Assembly (NCBI GenBank): GCA_009103225.1
Contig: RHPI01003642.1
Span: 1,045,099-1,109,098, forward strand
DNA from: Chlorokybus atmophyticus
Taxonomy: Eukaryota; Plantae; Mesostigma and Chlorokybus algae
Direction of reading: 5' to 3'
DNA length: 64,000 nt
Part shown: positions 10,345 to 28,026 of the stretch, piece after piece
Numbering within the stretch: the first letter of the stretch is position 1
Layout of the letters: each line of letters starts with the position of its first letter
Made by a program: the position numbers and the translations under genes
Notes under the pieces: generated by a model
Databases searched by the model: none
What the model was told of the DNA's origin: nothing
Seen by the model: only the letters and a program-made list of their open reading frames with translations

Positions 10345-12150
10345 CCCCCCCCCCCCCCCCCCCCGCCCCCTTCCTCTCCTCCCCCTCTCTCATTCTCTTG
10401 AGAGGGAGGCGAGGGAGTCCCCTCTTTCCCCCTACAAGCATGAGTAGTCGTGCACACCCAGGTCTGCACGCTCAAGCACACCGTGTACATGATGCAAGTC
10501 TGCATGCGCATGCATGCAGACGCACAAACGCACGCGCATACAACTGCAGCATATATGACGGTGGCGCTGCTCACACACATGCGCATGTGCGTCATAGGTG
10601 CGCACACTTGCCAACATACGGCTGCAGGTCAGCGGAGAGAGGTGCAGCACGCCACCAAGAAGCACGTAAGAGCTGCTTGTTATGAGCACGCATTCGTGTG
10701 TATGCGTTTGCATGCCAACAGCTCCGACTGTCATTGAGTGTTGCGTGCGTGATTGTGTCGACAATCTTGAGTAGATGTGGTATGGGGGAGGATATGTCCG
10801 CGCATACGCAAGCGCATGTGCAAACTCACGCACACGGGCATGCGTGTGCAAGCATGCATGTGCTTCATCGCACACGCATGCACATACACAGATACACATT
10901 CTTTATTACAGTCGCTTTATAGATCGCAGTGTCCAGCTGTTGCAAGACCGCACTGTCCAGTGCGACCTATGAGCCAGTTCTGCGTGTATTATACTTGTGA
11001 ACAGGTGTCCATCCCCCCCACGTCCTCCTTCAAGAGATGCGCACATGCACACATCTACAAGCATTCACGCATGCGCATGTCAACGCGTCCATGTGCATGC
11101 ACTCACGCGCACGCGCACGTGCAGGTACGCGGACTGTCCCCCAAGCTGGCAATCAGCAAATCGCTGCTTCGCGTACATCGCACTACTACTACTACACCTC
11201 GCCCCAGCTGCCCGTGCTCAACACCATCTTTAAGGTTCGAGAGTGTGTGCGCGCAAGCGCATGCGTGTGCGTTTGTGCGTGCGTGCCTACGCGTATGCAC
11301 GTGTATATGTTTGTGTGTTGTGAGACATTGCTCATGTGTGAATGTGCACACACGCGCACACTTGAACTTGCAATTGGGCTCATAGACCGCACTGTTCAAT
11401 GCAACCTATTAAGCAGTTGCCATAGTCGGGCTCATAGGCTGCCTCATGAGCTGCAGTGTTCAGTGCCTATGAGCATATGAGGCAGGTTGAACGGTTCATT
11501 ATTTGTTTGCGCGTATGTGTGTTGAACAAACACACAGAAAAATGCCACACATACAAGCATCACACCATAATACACACCTGCTCATGCACTGGGTGCAAGT
11601 TCAGAGCAGGTAGCACGCTCGTACACACGCACACTATGCGCAAACGCATACCATGCATGCTGAATGACGCACACGCTTGCAGGCCTCACACAACAGGGGT
11701 ACGGTGTGGCACTCTACTGGTAGGGAGGAGCAGGCATCAAGCTGTGGGAGGTACGGGTTTTGCAATGTGCGCATGTGACTGAGTGTTCAGCTATGCGTGG
11801 GTGTGTGTGCGTGTTGCAAGTAGGTAGTCAACGTGCATTGAGCTTAAGTAGTTACAAATGCCAGTAGTTGTTCGCTGCTGTAGTTACAATACAACCAATT
11901 GATTGTGCTTATCTATTGTTTGTGTTAGTTTGTTGATGTGTGTGTCTGCTGACTTATGTATGTATGCATGTACGTTATTGCTCGGCTGTAGAAGGTGAAG
12001 GCGGCTGAAAGGCCATGGTGATGGCCTTTCGACCGTCCTTGGCCTAGTCATGCAAGCCTAGGAACAATCAGCATGGACAGGCCAGAGGCGTGACCTAGTG
12101 CTCTTGGTATGGAGCACCAGGCCGCCCGCCAGGCCACCAGCAGCAGCGGC

Positions 12151-12210
12151 CTAACTGCAGTCAGCTGCGGCAATCAAGCCGGCCTAATTGCCGCAGCTGA
12201 CCGCAGTTAG
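12151..12210. repeat. 24-bp stem hairpin
   Basis: ctaactgcagtcagctgcggcaat / attgccgcagctgaccgcagttag, 1 mismatch, 12-nt loop. Confidence 0.9.
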
Positions 12211-12319
12211 CTGCCAAAGCACAGTTGTTTCAATTGCTACCGGTTGAATTCTTACAAGTCCGGCTGTAGCCGGCCAATGTGTAAACTATCTCAAAGACGC
12301 GCACCAGCCATGCTTCGTA

Positions 12320-12610
12320 GGTGCGGACCATGGCTGGTGCGCGGCTCTTGTCACAGGCAACTAGGCTTGAAAAAACAATCGGACCAAGGATGGTCCCTGC
12401 AAAGTACCATTCCCGGTCCGATTTACACCGGCTTCCAACCGGCACCAACCCTGGCTCGGTTTTCGGGGGGACCGTGGGACAATTACGTACTGTTTGGACC
12501 AGCCCTGGTCCCTGCGTGCAGACCAAGGTGGGCGACCCTGGTCCGGACCCCAAGCCGCACGGGCAAGTTGGCCCTGGTCCGTACCCGCGGACCAGCCCTG
12601 GTCCACGGGA
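12320..12610. repeat. GGACCAG/CTGGTCC-rich repeat, copy 2
   Basis: Repeated ggacca and ccctggtcc motifs (for example near 12325, 12382, 12496, 12504, 12536, 12571, 12590-12604). Confidence 0.6.
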
Positions 12611-12653
12611 AAAATCTCGTGTGTCTAGCATGAGCCAATCACAGCTCAGACAA

Positions 12654-12706
12654 GGTACCTATCGATAATGTACCTATCGAAAGATACCTATCGTAAGGTA
12701 CCTAGC
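12654..12706. repeat. Short tandem TACCTATCG array
   Basis: Three tacctatcg copies and one tacctagcg at ~14-15-bp spacing. Confidence 0.75.
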
Positions 12707-15700
12707 GAGATAGTGTTCACATTTTATCAAATGTGACACTAAATATATAGGCTTGAATAAGCGGTTCTACACCCATTGGGACTTATTTAAGCTATGATAA
12801 AGCATCATAGCCTTTCATAAGCGAGGAAACGTAGAAAAGAGGTATAAATAAGCATATTTAGATACTTATTCATACAGAATGTGTTATTTAGGTAGCAATA
12901 ATACCCCTATTGTTATTGCTTCCGTTACACAATGTGACTATCACTGCGGGTGTCAAGCATGCCATCCGCAGCACTACAACAACCCCGACGAGCGGCAACC
13001 CTGTGGCTAGCACTGGCGAAGACATTTAAGTTGAAGTGTCGATATTGTACGTCACATACTGCCTGCCTTACACCATCACTGTCAACTGCGGCACGAACAA
13101 TTCGTTGAGTTGCTTGCATGTCATGTTGCTGTAACGAATTTGGTATAAACTGTCGTAGAACTCACTCATGGTAGCGCTTTTGCTACCATAGCCTAGGTCG
13201 AAACCCCCTTTGTTACACATGCTGAGCGCATCCGTGGTTGCTTGCCTACTGCGCTCGCACATACGGGCACAGAGTGAGAGGACATCGTACTGTCGCTACA
13301 ATACTCCCGAAAAAGCAGTCATCACCGCAACTTTGACGTAAAATGGTATCTCCATCTCGCGCTCCCGCAACATTACAGTTGCTACCTCGTAGTAAGCTCA
13401 GTCTCGTAATGTTGAAATTACTGCTGTTGTTGTTGTGCTCACGTTCATCCCTTGAGCAATGCAGCATTTAAGGGCCATACAAAGTGCCCCTGTGCGGGAG
13501 CGTCTATGTGACCGCCGCCGTGGGCGTCGATGAGTGGGGCAATGCCTACAATGTGGCTCGGAACTTTGACGACGACGGCGCTTTTAACGATGCGAGACAG
13601 CTGAAACTCCTTTTCAACATATTCAACCTGCAGCTCCGTTTGGGGTCGTACCCGATACGCGTGCGAGCCAGCAGCAACAATGTCTCCTACCTCACCTCAA
13701 CTCAATCCCTGCCATTCATACTATCAATTTCACTATCATTGGCAACACTGCTATTATGATAACGCCCTTAGAAAGCTACTTCGCGAGCCCTTTGTCAGAA
13801 AGCGGCAATGCCAGAGCAACTATTGGCGAGCCATTCAAATTGATGTCCCATATACCACAGTCCGCTGCCTTCCTGCAAACTTTACCATCGACTGAAGTCA
13901 CGACCATGTGATAAGTGCACATGCGCAAGTTGCTGAGTGTACGCAGTTGCAGCCATTTTTCTCTTACGAAGTGACACTCTGGTGCTTGCGACAGGGCAAC
14001 AAAACAGGCTATTGCAAATATGGCACGAGTGGAGTCAAGCTCATCACGAAAACGCTCTCGCAAGAAGGCATTGAGGTGTCAAGCCGCAACGTAACAGCGG
14101 TTGCCACCGCATCGTCATGCACGACGTAAGTTTGTGCATGCACAAGTATTCGCATGCACATTATTGCTCTCCACAACAACACCACGTCCTTAAAGATGTG
14201 ACCAACATGGCAGCGTATTCGGAGGGAAGAGTGCGCGGCAAGCAAGGCTTAACGCATAATTGGGCAAGATCAGAGTTTTTGGCATGCAACCATCCCGACG
14301 ACATCCAGCTAGACACCAAGCTCTACATTGTATTTGCTAGCCATGGAAGCGACGATGCACAGGTAACACTCAAAACTGCTGCTGTCTTTCTTGGCTCAAG
14401 GCTTGAGCTGCTGCTTGGCAGCGCCATGTATGCAGTACATACGCATAATGGGCTTCTGTATGTGCAGCTCATTAAACGCGTTTTTGGCAACCGTACTATC
14501 GCCCAAGCCTTGTGTAGCCATAGTCTCACACGCAATACGTGTACTAGTACGTGATACGCAAAATACGTGTATTGTTTCATACTTTTTCCTCCGTACATTC
14601 GTCAGTACGCTTTTTATACCTTATTTGTATTAAATAGTAATGCGTGATAAGAATATATAACTTCCATTACATAAGCTCATACCTGATGAGCAACTCCCTA
14701 TACATCACAACACACTGTAACACAGTGATTGATCCACAGACAACACCGTAAAAGTCACTGCTATTGATAATGCATAATTTTGATGTGTGTTATGCATGGA
14801 GTAACAGCAGTTCATGATAATTGTTAATTACTTGCAGTGAGACCGGGCATATACCGGCGCTGCCGCGACCTGCCCGCAGCGTGACAGGTCGCGCGCGGCG
14901 GTCACCGACGGCTGTCTGCTGCGCCATAATCGGTCATTTAGGGTACATGACCTATTGTAGCCCGATAAACGATTTCACGTACTTTTAACGTATTCGACAA
15001 ATGCTTGCTGTACGCGTATTATTACGTAATATTTTGCCAAAAGTCGCGTACTATGTGACTACGTGCGCAGCTACCCTCTTCAGGCATGTTCGTATGTCGG
15101 TGGTTACATGTGCTTGCGTGTGTACATCATGCACGCTTGCAAGCATGATGCTTGTAGGCGTGCGCACATCACACGGTGTTTGTATGCCAGAGGTTTGCTT
15201 GTGCACATGTGCGGGTGTAGCAGCCAAGCGTTTCAGCCGATTGCGTGCATGGTAAGTCCCTGTGTTTTGCTCGCTGATATGTGAGAAATCTAGGTTGACA
15301 CCTTTGCAAGAGAGGCCACTGCAGCTCTACTCAATGCGGAGTTGGTGTACTATGCGCAGGTCGGGGAATTATCAAACTCCTTGCTTGCGTTCTCTTTTTA
15401 TGGTACATTTGACCTTTTTGTTTTTGTCGACCAAGCTTGATTAATGCTTAGTGTCCCCTTTCGGTCAAGCGTGACTTTTGAGACGGCTTGTACTATACGT
15501 GCAATCGTATGAATTATAAGTTGATCTAGCATTTGAATTCACGCATGTATGTTAATCCTTTGATGAGTGCTTTTCTGCACGCAGTGGATTAAGCCACAAA
15601 AAGGTTTTTTTCTCAGAACAATATGTTGTGCCCCTATCGAAACTGTTAATTCACGAAGCCGACGTTACGGATGTAGTAGCGTCCACTGCAGCTGGCAGCA

Positions 15701-17337
15701 ACTCCTTTTTGTGTTTAATAGTAAGTCACAAATAAATAGCGATATGCTTGTATTAAGTATCATGCTGATGCCTGCGCATGCATGACAAGGTTTATATGAA
15801 TGATCAAAGTGTATAAAACGGTAATCAAAGCTAATGTAGCATTGTTGTAAAACTGCTTGTTAACCATGTAGATCACATATTATAGATCAATGGTGATCAT
15901 GAGCATGGGTAAATGATACATTATATTTTATAAGCATCATGGGCATCATGATGCTAATATAATGTATATATATATATGTATTTATGGCATGCATTGTAAA
16001 CACATGTGTGTTTCTTGTACAAGAATTGGGAATGGAATTTGTCATGTCCTTACTGCATTTGATCAAAACGTCAGGAGGGAAATACCAAATTGTACTGCAT
16101 TTATTTCTCGCACACACCAGTAATTACATGCAAAATAATTGACAATATTGGGACACATCGGGTCTCACATGTGGGGTGCCATTGCTGATTAATGTTGAAA
16201 AAAATGTTTTGGTAAAAACTTGTATAATAGTATGCAAAACACAATATCGATTTGTAATGCAACAACACCATCCACCTGTATGACCGTCGCGTGCATTTTG
16301 CATAATTCATGAAAAAATCTGCATGAAAAGAATGCATGATGTAAAGGTAATTTTTCATTAATTGTGAATAATTTATTGTTGCATGTGAAGTGGGATAGAC
16401 AAGTTGAGGGTCGTCATGTTCACAATTATGGTGGATTGCCGTAGCTCCGGATTGCATGAACACACGTGAAAAGCATTGCTCGGAGTGTCCTTAGCTTCAA
16501 TGCAAAGGTGCATCAAGTCGTATTTCGTGTTGTTCGTCTTCAACAAGCATGTGTCATAACAGAGCAAGGTCTACAACCTGGGTTGTATTGGAGGCCTTAT
16601 ACCGTGCTATGTCCAATGCTCATTGTTTACGAGGCATGCGCGTACTTGTATAATTATTGCATGCAGTGTACGGTTTGCGGCTCCACCTTGTGTTACATGC
16701 CGCGATACACATCGCCAATCGTGGTTAACGTGCAATTCTTGAGTCCACAGTCATTACATCAAGGAAGCGACATCCCCTGCGTAGTGACAATAAGGCTCTT
16801 AACGTGCTTGGTCACGGATAGTGACTGGCTGCATCAAGGCTAGGTGCAGCACTGCGTTGCGTGTTTTGGCGGCATCCACGAGCCAGATCGGTTAGGCCTA
16901 CATCCAGCTGAGCAGGCATGTCTCAATGCGGAACAACACTCCTGATGGCGCCACAAACGATCCACGCAGCGAAAATTTGGCGCCAAACTCAAGCCTGAGC
17001 GGCAATCGGCCTTACCGAGTTACTTACAGCTCAAGTCTCAATTGTGACTGCAATGACGGCTACCATGTGATACAGCGTATCGCTGTGGGCAGTTTTTGGA
17101 GCAGTACCGTAGTTGCGTTTCGCCCGTTGGGCGAACATGAGTTACCTCTAACCGCGTTAAGACCGGGCGGGGCTAACGTTAGCGGCGGGGCTGCGGCCGC
17201 GGCTTGGCAACTGAGGAGTTTGTGCCCAGCTAACGTTCGTGGATGCGGGCGGCAAAGCAGGCTAGCGGTGAAGCTGCCAGGTGGCGAGTGTGCTTGGCGG
17301 CGCTGTCGGCGAGGTGGTCGTCGTCGTGAATGACGCC

Positions 17338-21252
<3,915 letters not shown>

Positions 21253-22548
21253 ACAACTGCACTGCACCATTCTTTTGCTGGACTTTGAGTCCGCTGTTTT
21301 GGTACAAACGGTGTACAGTATACACAGTTGTATAGTTGTGTGCAGTTGATGCCAGGGCCTCTTCCTGGCGTATTGATAATGGTGTTGCATAGCATTGACC
21401 AGAGGTATTGCCTTTACTGAGATGTAGTGTCGGTTACAAGTGATGAAGAGTATCACATGGGTCACCAGCAGCTAAGTTCGGAACTCCTGACGCCACTCTT
21501 ACATTTACACATCAGCAGCACACTACATCAGATTGATTGATGTTAGCCACATCAGGTGGCACATCTATTGGGTGGTTAATATGCGCCCCCTGCAACTGGC
21601 AGTGCTGATGCTGACACACCCAGTTAATGGTAGTTGTCATGGACCTCTCGGTCTAGCAGTACAAAACCAGGACAAGAGTCTCATGTGACCACCCTTCACT
21701 CGAATCGCTAAGTTGGCACACGCACATGGCTGAGCTCCGATTGGGCTGAAACAAACTGAATTCAGCCCAATTGCAGCACGTAATGGCATGTCTAGCGATT
21801 TGGTAATGGGACATAGGGCATAGCCTGCGTACCCAATGACACTGGGTTACTCGCTGATGACCAACACCATGTGGTTACAGCAAGACTCAGCTCTTTTCCC
21901 TCACTGCACTGCAAGTGATTGTCAGAAGAAAGGGCGTTACCAGGGACAGAGCACAGTTTCGTGTGCTCTCGCACTTTGCATTGTGTGATATGTTGAGCCG
22001 CCTAAGCCCAAGCCTAAACCACATGCCAGACAACACCTTGAATTACCGCGCACACTTGACTGGAATGCCAACCGCAAACTGTGCAAGTTGCACACTGGCC
22101 AGCACTACTGTACACGTACAGTGAGGTGTGGGTGTCGCAAGGACTGCACTAGCAAATGTACATTTGATTTCACATGCCACAGCTCGATGGCCAACATGGT
22201 TATAGATCTCATTGCAACTGTCGCCTTTTCCACTGCCAATATGCAGCTCACACTTACCATGCACATCTGATAAGCTCAGGAAAGGGCTGTCACATGAAAT
22301 GCCCGTGGTCAGTCAGATCACACTTATGTGCATCTTCCTTGTCATGTGTATCATAGTGAGTGGACAAGCGGTTCTGTGCAGCGCCCTGCACAGGACAGAG
22401 CGATACAGCTATGTCAGGTTTGCACTCTTCACCATGCAAGCTAAGTAGGGGTACAGATTGTTGCCAAACTGACGGTGTACAGTACCTTCCGTCCTTGTTG
22501 TTGAAACTGTTGGCCTGCTTTGGTTGCTGCTGCCTGGGAGTATTGCTA

Positions 22549-25195
22549 CTAGCTCACAGTTCGCCGTTTCAACATTGCTTGCAGACGCACTAGCAGTTCT
22601 GTCTTGTTGCCTTGTAACAGCGCCATGTCAGTCCGAAACAAAGCAGAATCCCTGTACACACATGCCATAATGCTTTATGCACGCACAAGCAGTCACAGTG
22701 CAGTTGCAAGTACTGACCGTCCTTAGCCGCTTTGACAGGCCGATAGATGAGAGCGTTGAGCAGGGAGCCAAACAGGATTGCCAGCACGGTGCTCGAGAGC
22801 GTGGCTACGTTGTATGGCATGGAAAAGTCTGGGGTTGCTACCGGAAAGGTCAAGCTGTTGGTGAACAGCTGCAGCTCGGGAGGATTCTGCGCAGCAAGTC
22901 AAGCAGTTGAGACGCAGAATCTCATCCAACGAACTCAGCTTTTGCAGCATGCATGGCCATGTACCTGCAGCATCTGTAACAAGGGGGTGCCAAGGGGCTC
23001 ATCGCCGTGCGAGGGGTTTGTAGCCTCCTCATCCGCGCGAACTGTCACAACGGCAGCGGGCAAGTCGAAGCCACGGTTGGGATCGGGAGGGTGTTCGTCG
23101 TTGCGCAGAAAGGCCTGGATACATTGATCATGCGTATTGAAATCTTGACAGCCGCTTGAATGTGACAGATGTGTTTGGAACACATGAAAGACCACACGGA
23201 CACACCTTGTCAAATTCCATAACAACGGACACCATTCTGGTAGTGGATGGCAAGCAGAGGCTAATTTCCAGGATGGATGGCTTCTCCCTGTCCTTTGCAG
23301 GTTGCAGCCTAAGCGCTCGTAGCGCTGAATCCGGCACAATCGCGCTATCGACTAATACCCGCAGAGTGTGTAAGTATATCCTTACATACCAAGGCGCCAT
23401 CTGGAAGATGTTAACGCACTTTCTGGAAGTGGTATTAGCTGCAACGCGCTTGTTTGCATGAACTTCAATAACCATGCCTCCACGCTCGTTGCCGTGTCCA
23501 GTGAGATAGCGATCAATTGTAAACTGAGCTTGCGTGTGACTCAACTTTGAAGGCGTGCTGCTTTTGCTGTTGCCAGCTATGTCGAGACCACGTGACAACG
23601 CGTACGCATAGTATTGGCCTTGATCCCCAATAAAAAGCGACTTTGCTGGAGACACCAATGAGTCGCCCATGCTGTCGTGCACATACACGCTGCTGACAGA
23701 AGCCACTTCACACGCGCCATCAAGGGTGCTTCCAAAGAGGGAGGACAAGCTCCATGCCTCAGCAGAGACGGGTTTCAACAACACAGTCAGGGTTTGAGTC
23801 AAGACCAGTTTGGGGCCCAACCGCTGGATGATCACGTCTTGACTATAGTACTGCGCGGCAAACAGCCGCTCGCGCTGGGCGAGAAGCTTTGCCAAGCCCG
23901 CGTGGTCTCGGCACGGAAGCAGCTTCAGCCATGGCGTGAGGTTTTCTGTGCAGACCGCCTCACGAGCCAGAGCCCCGTACTTAGTGTTCGTGAACTGTGT
24001 GACATCATCAGTGCTACGGTTGGCGGCAAATGGAATGCCCACAGGTCTGAAGGCGAAAGCTGGCGCTGCTGTCTTTGCAGAGCCCTCGAGGTAGTTCAAC
24101 GACGCACATAATAACCTGGCACAGGTGTACATGCGACTGGGTTGGCCTAACTTGATTATGTATCAACGCACGTGCGGGCAATGCACATACACGCGCATGC
24201 ACACGCATACCTGTGTACGCAAACAGATGCATGCATGTGTGCATGCACAACCATCTGTTTGCGTACATGGGTATGTGAAGGCAGCAACCACCTAACGAGT
24301 CTCACCCGCTCAGAGCATGTGTCAGTGACCTCCACTCCTCTTGGACTTGCGCCTCATTGAGCCGAGGGTCAAAGCGTGCCCACAGCTGCGCGCCGGCCGG
24401 GGCTGCGGTATGAGGCGGGGCGCCCCACGCGCGCTGGTTCCATCGCCCCTGCGCGAAGCTCACGTACAGCTCTTGGACTGCAAACTTCTGCACCTGCACG
24501 TATAGAAAAGCAGTATGGAGTACTTCTGTCAGTCTGCAGTGCATGAGCTGAAGTGTACAGTGTCAACGATGTACGCGCAACACACGTCAAGGTTGCCCTA
24601 GCTGCATGCATGGAAGCTGAGTGAAGTTCTGGAAGGTTTTACCTTGTCACCAATCTAATACGACACAGACGCACATGCTCGCATGTGTATCGCGTGCTGT
24701 ATGCACTACATGCGGCAACGATGTGCGCCGTCTCTCCACTGACACAACCTTCAACAATTGCAGCGAACTATTGTTTGTTGCAAAGCAATGCAGCGTACAA
24801 TCACCCAGCTTTCAAAGAACCACTGGCATTCTCACAACAACCAACAGTGCTGTGAACTCCGCATACAGTAGCATCTTATTTGGGCGTTCACTTGTCATCC
24901 GCTGCGTACCTTTCAACTGACATGCAGTTGAGTGACATACCAGCTGGTGGATGGCTTTGGGGAACAGCAGCGAGTCGACGAGTTCGTCGCCTTGCTCGGT
25001 GTCAATGCGCCTCTGGTTGGTAAATCGTAAATGCGCAATCACCGCCGCATTACCCTTTGCGGTCGGCCGCAGCAGAAGCAGTTCCTCTGTGAAGGCGCAG
25101 CTCACAGGCGCAGTGGCTACAGCCAACGCCGACAGCAATAGCAATACCGGCAGCAACGACCTGGACGATGCCAACGACGACAGCAACCCCCGCAT
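22549..25195 (-). CDS. PIGT: GPI transamidase subunit PIG-T/Gpi16 (spliced)
   Basis: Signal-peptide-like start MRGLLSSL...AFTEELLL, FPKAIHQL, SFAQGRW, REAVCTENLTPWLKLLPCR, PDFSMPYNV plus a TM segment. The last exon boundary is approximate. Confidence 0.92.
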
Positions 25196-25336
25196 TGGGC
25201 AGGGGGAGAGATAGCCTGAGCCCAACTAAGCAAAGCCAAGCGTCAACTCCGCTGCCGCAGCCGACGCAGCCGACACCAACAAGCACGACCACAACCACGA
25301 CCACAAGCGTCACCACAGTAACAAGCTAGCTTCGGC
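25196..25336. promoter_or_regulatory. Very compact bidirectional promoter/5' region (PIG-T and PPR-SMR)
   Basis: Divergent ATGs at 25195 (-) and 25337 (+), 141 bp apart. Confidence 0.6.
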
Positions 25337-25342
25337 ATGGGC

Positions 25343-25378
<36 letters not shown>

Positions 25379-28026
25379 GTACGGAGCTTGTTGTGTGCGT
25401 CCAACACCGCAGCCAGCGCCGGCCTGCTCTCACCCTTGCCAGTGTCACGCCACGGCGGGGGCGGCGATGTTGGGAGGCTTCAGCCTGCATTGCGACTGCG
25501 GCACAGGCGCTTCTTCGCCCTTCAAGCAGCAGCACCATGGGTCTGCCGCTCTATAGCTTCGAGCTCTGACACTGCCCTGCTCTTGTCCAGCGCCGACAGC
25601 AGTGACGAACAAGACATCAGTAATGACGAGGAGGAGGATGACGAGGGAGATGGTGAGGCCAATGACGACGACAGTGACTATGACGACAGTCAGGACGAGG
25701 TGCGTGCACGACAGCTTTGGTTTAAGGCAGTTGATACTGCAGAGCAGCGAATTGCAGTAGCTCTGGGCGTCAAACATATGTCAGATGACCCAGCTGCCCT
25801 GTGCATGCATGATCACGATCTGCTGTCATGTTTACATGAGATACACAAGTCCACGCACAGTAGTATTTCCTGCACATTGCATACGTTGCCTTCCAACTGG
25901 GACTGTGTTTGTTAAGGCAGCCAAAGCTGTCCTCAAATGCCAAGCAGCTGGTGACAAGAAGCAGCAAGCTCTCAAGATGGCATTGCGCCGCAATGAACGT
26001 AAGAAAAAACCCAGGTGTGTAGTACTTCACGTGTAGCAATTGCGTGCGGTTCTCAGCTCACATTGAGTATCAACTTGAGCTGCATGCATCCACAAACAGG
26101 GCCTGTGAGTTCATTGTAGCGGCAATGGACTCTCCCGGACTGGAGGAGTATGGTACGCTCGCTCGTTTGTATGCGCACAAGCGGCTCCACATGGCAGCCG
26201 CACGCTTGCCCAAGATGATGCACGATAGAGGCATCACGCCCAACCGTGACGTGTACTACCATTGCCTTCGTGCGTGCGCACGTGCCGCCCGGCCGGCCGC
26301 AGCAGCTGCACTCCTTCAAGACATGCTGCACGTAAGCGAGTTTCTATTTGATTATTCGTTGGATATCGATATGAAGCTTTGTTGCATTGCAAACAGCATT
26401 GCAATGCAGGAACGAATGGTGGTTGGCGCACGCGAGTACAACACGCTGCTCAGAGCTGCTTCCAGAACGGATGACTATTCCATCCTCACACAGGTCGGAA
26501 TAATCAACCATCTTCTGATACCCTTATGCATTGGCCCATAAGATTGTTGACGATCGTTCACTTGCCTGGATGACATTGATGTATGCACCGCGTCACTCGG
26601 GTGCTTCTTACAGGCACTGGCAGCGGATACTTGGCTGCTGTTGATGTCCGGGCGAGGTCACCCCGTGCACGAGCTGATAGGTGGATGCCAAGCTGTCTCC
26701 CGCGTGATGCCTTGGTGGGAGAAGATGTGGCAGCAAGGCACAACCTTCCCGAAACCTAACCTGGAGTCTTACTGGTAAGTCTTCAATGCTCTATTGACAT
26801 GATGTACACTTGTTTTTAACTTACTGCAAGTTGTACAGCGTGATGATCGTTGCCTATGGCTTTGACGGTCACACCAAGCTGGCGGAGCGCATGTTCAATC
26901 GCATGATCATGGCCGGCATCAAGCCAAACCGCAGGGCTATGTTTGCGCTGATTGAAGCACAGACTCTTGCGGGTAAGTGCCAGTTCCGTTGTCGTGAGTA
27001 AACACTCACGTGCATTTACGTGTGCATAATATACACGTGCACTGGCATGTGCACAACCACACACATGGCTGCATCTGCCTGCGATACAAATCATGACGAG
27101 TTGTTGACTATGCCAGGCAACTTGGCTGGTGCCTTTGCTGCATGGGAATACGGCATATCCATCCGTAGTGTGGTGCCGCTTCCCCAAGTGGTATCGCAGC
27201 GCGACGGCATACTGAAGTGGGATCTGCACGGCTTTACACCCTTTGCTGCCTGCATTGCACTCCTGAAAGGACTACTGCGTTTGCATGCCAATCTGCAAGA
27301 CCCGACAGGTGTCGGCTGTGTTGGTACGCGAACAGTGAAGGACAGAGGATTGACTTTCGCGTGTTTCAGGAAGGACTGCATCTATCCAAGAGATACACAT
27401 TATTGTTGGAAGAGGACTTAGAAGCGAGAAGAGACTGCAACCCACATTAAAGACAGCGATTGTGCGCTTGGTCGACTTCTTACAACCAAGGCATGTTGCA
27501 GTGCGCTGGGGCGTAAGTGTTGCTGTGTGCTGCATTATAACCTGACATGTGACGCAGAAACGTTTCCTATGCTGGTTCTCAGTCCACAGCCTTCATCAGC
27601 AAGCGACCTATGCATAAGCAGCCGTTACCAATCTCAGCGATGACATGTTGCTGCAGGCTGGAGTACAAGATATATGCAAACAATGATGGCTGTCTTGTAG
27701 TGAAGAGTGGTTCGCTTGGGCGCTGGGCCCAAACAGAGGGCCTACCTGCGCACATAAGTCAGCTGGAACAAGCTTCTACCCCAGTCACACAACAACTCAA
27801 TCAGAAGGAAGAAGCCCTGAGCAAACTTGACCCCGCTTTTGCAGGCAAGTCAACTCACAGTTTTCTTGTATGTAATACATGTACGCCTTTCCACCAGCAC
27901 TGTTGTATGTGTCTGACTTCTCATCAATGACGTCGTGCAGTGTTTTTACTACCGCCGTCATTATTAAAGCCACAGAAAAAGGGTAACAGAATCCTTCAAT
28001 TGGTCAACTTGCCGGAATGCTCGTAG
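25337..28026 (+). CDS. PPR-SMR protein with predicted organellar transit peptide (spliced)
   Basis: Ala/Ser-rich N-terminus and acidic tract. PPR-like repeats (GITPNRDVYYHCLRACAR; YNTLLRA; PNLESYCVMIVAYG...MFNRMIMAGIKPN). SMR motifs KWDLHGFTPFAA, IHIIVGRGLRSE...LKTAI and NDGCLVVK. The C-terminal exon is uncertain. Confidence 0.85.

Larger units (their letters stand above)
9005..11480. repeat. Dispersed CTCATAGACCGCACTG / CAGTGCGGCCTATGAG motif array in CA/TG/CG-rich low-complexity DNA
   Basis: Motif copies in both orientations near 9313, 9415, 9482, 9515, 9843, 10945-10975, 11378 and 11460. A longer unit (gcaggtacgc...ccaagc.ggc...ccccagctg.ccgtgc) is shared by ~9593-9700 and ~11120-11220. 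Confidence 0.7.

Noticed and set aside
8500-11800. Many Cys/His/Ala-rich ORFs
   Set aside because: Products of CA/TG/CG low-complexity DNA and N runs; no domain signal.
12711-12715. TAGTG as a CACTA right terminus after the TACCTATCG array
   Set aside because: A 5-mer with no visible partner TIR or TSD.
15000-16900. Short ORFs in AT-rich DNA upstream of DDM1
   Set aside because: No recognisable motif or consistent frame; likely very old TE debris.
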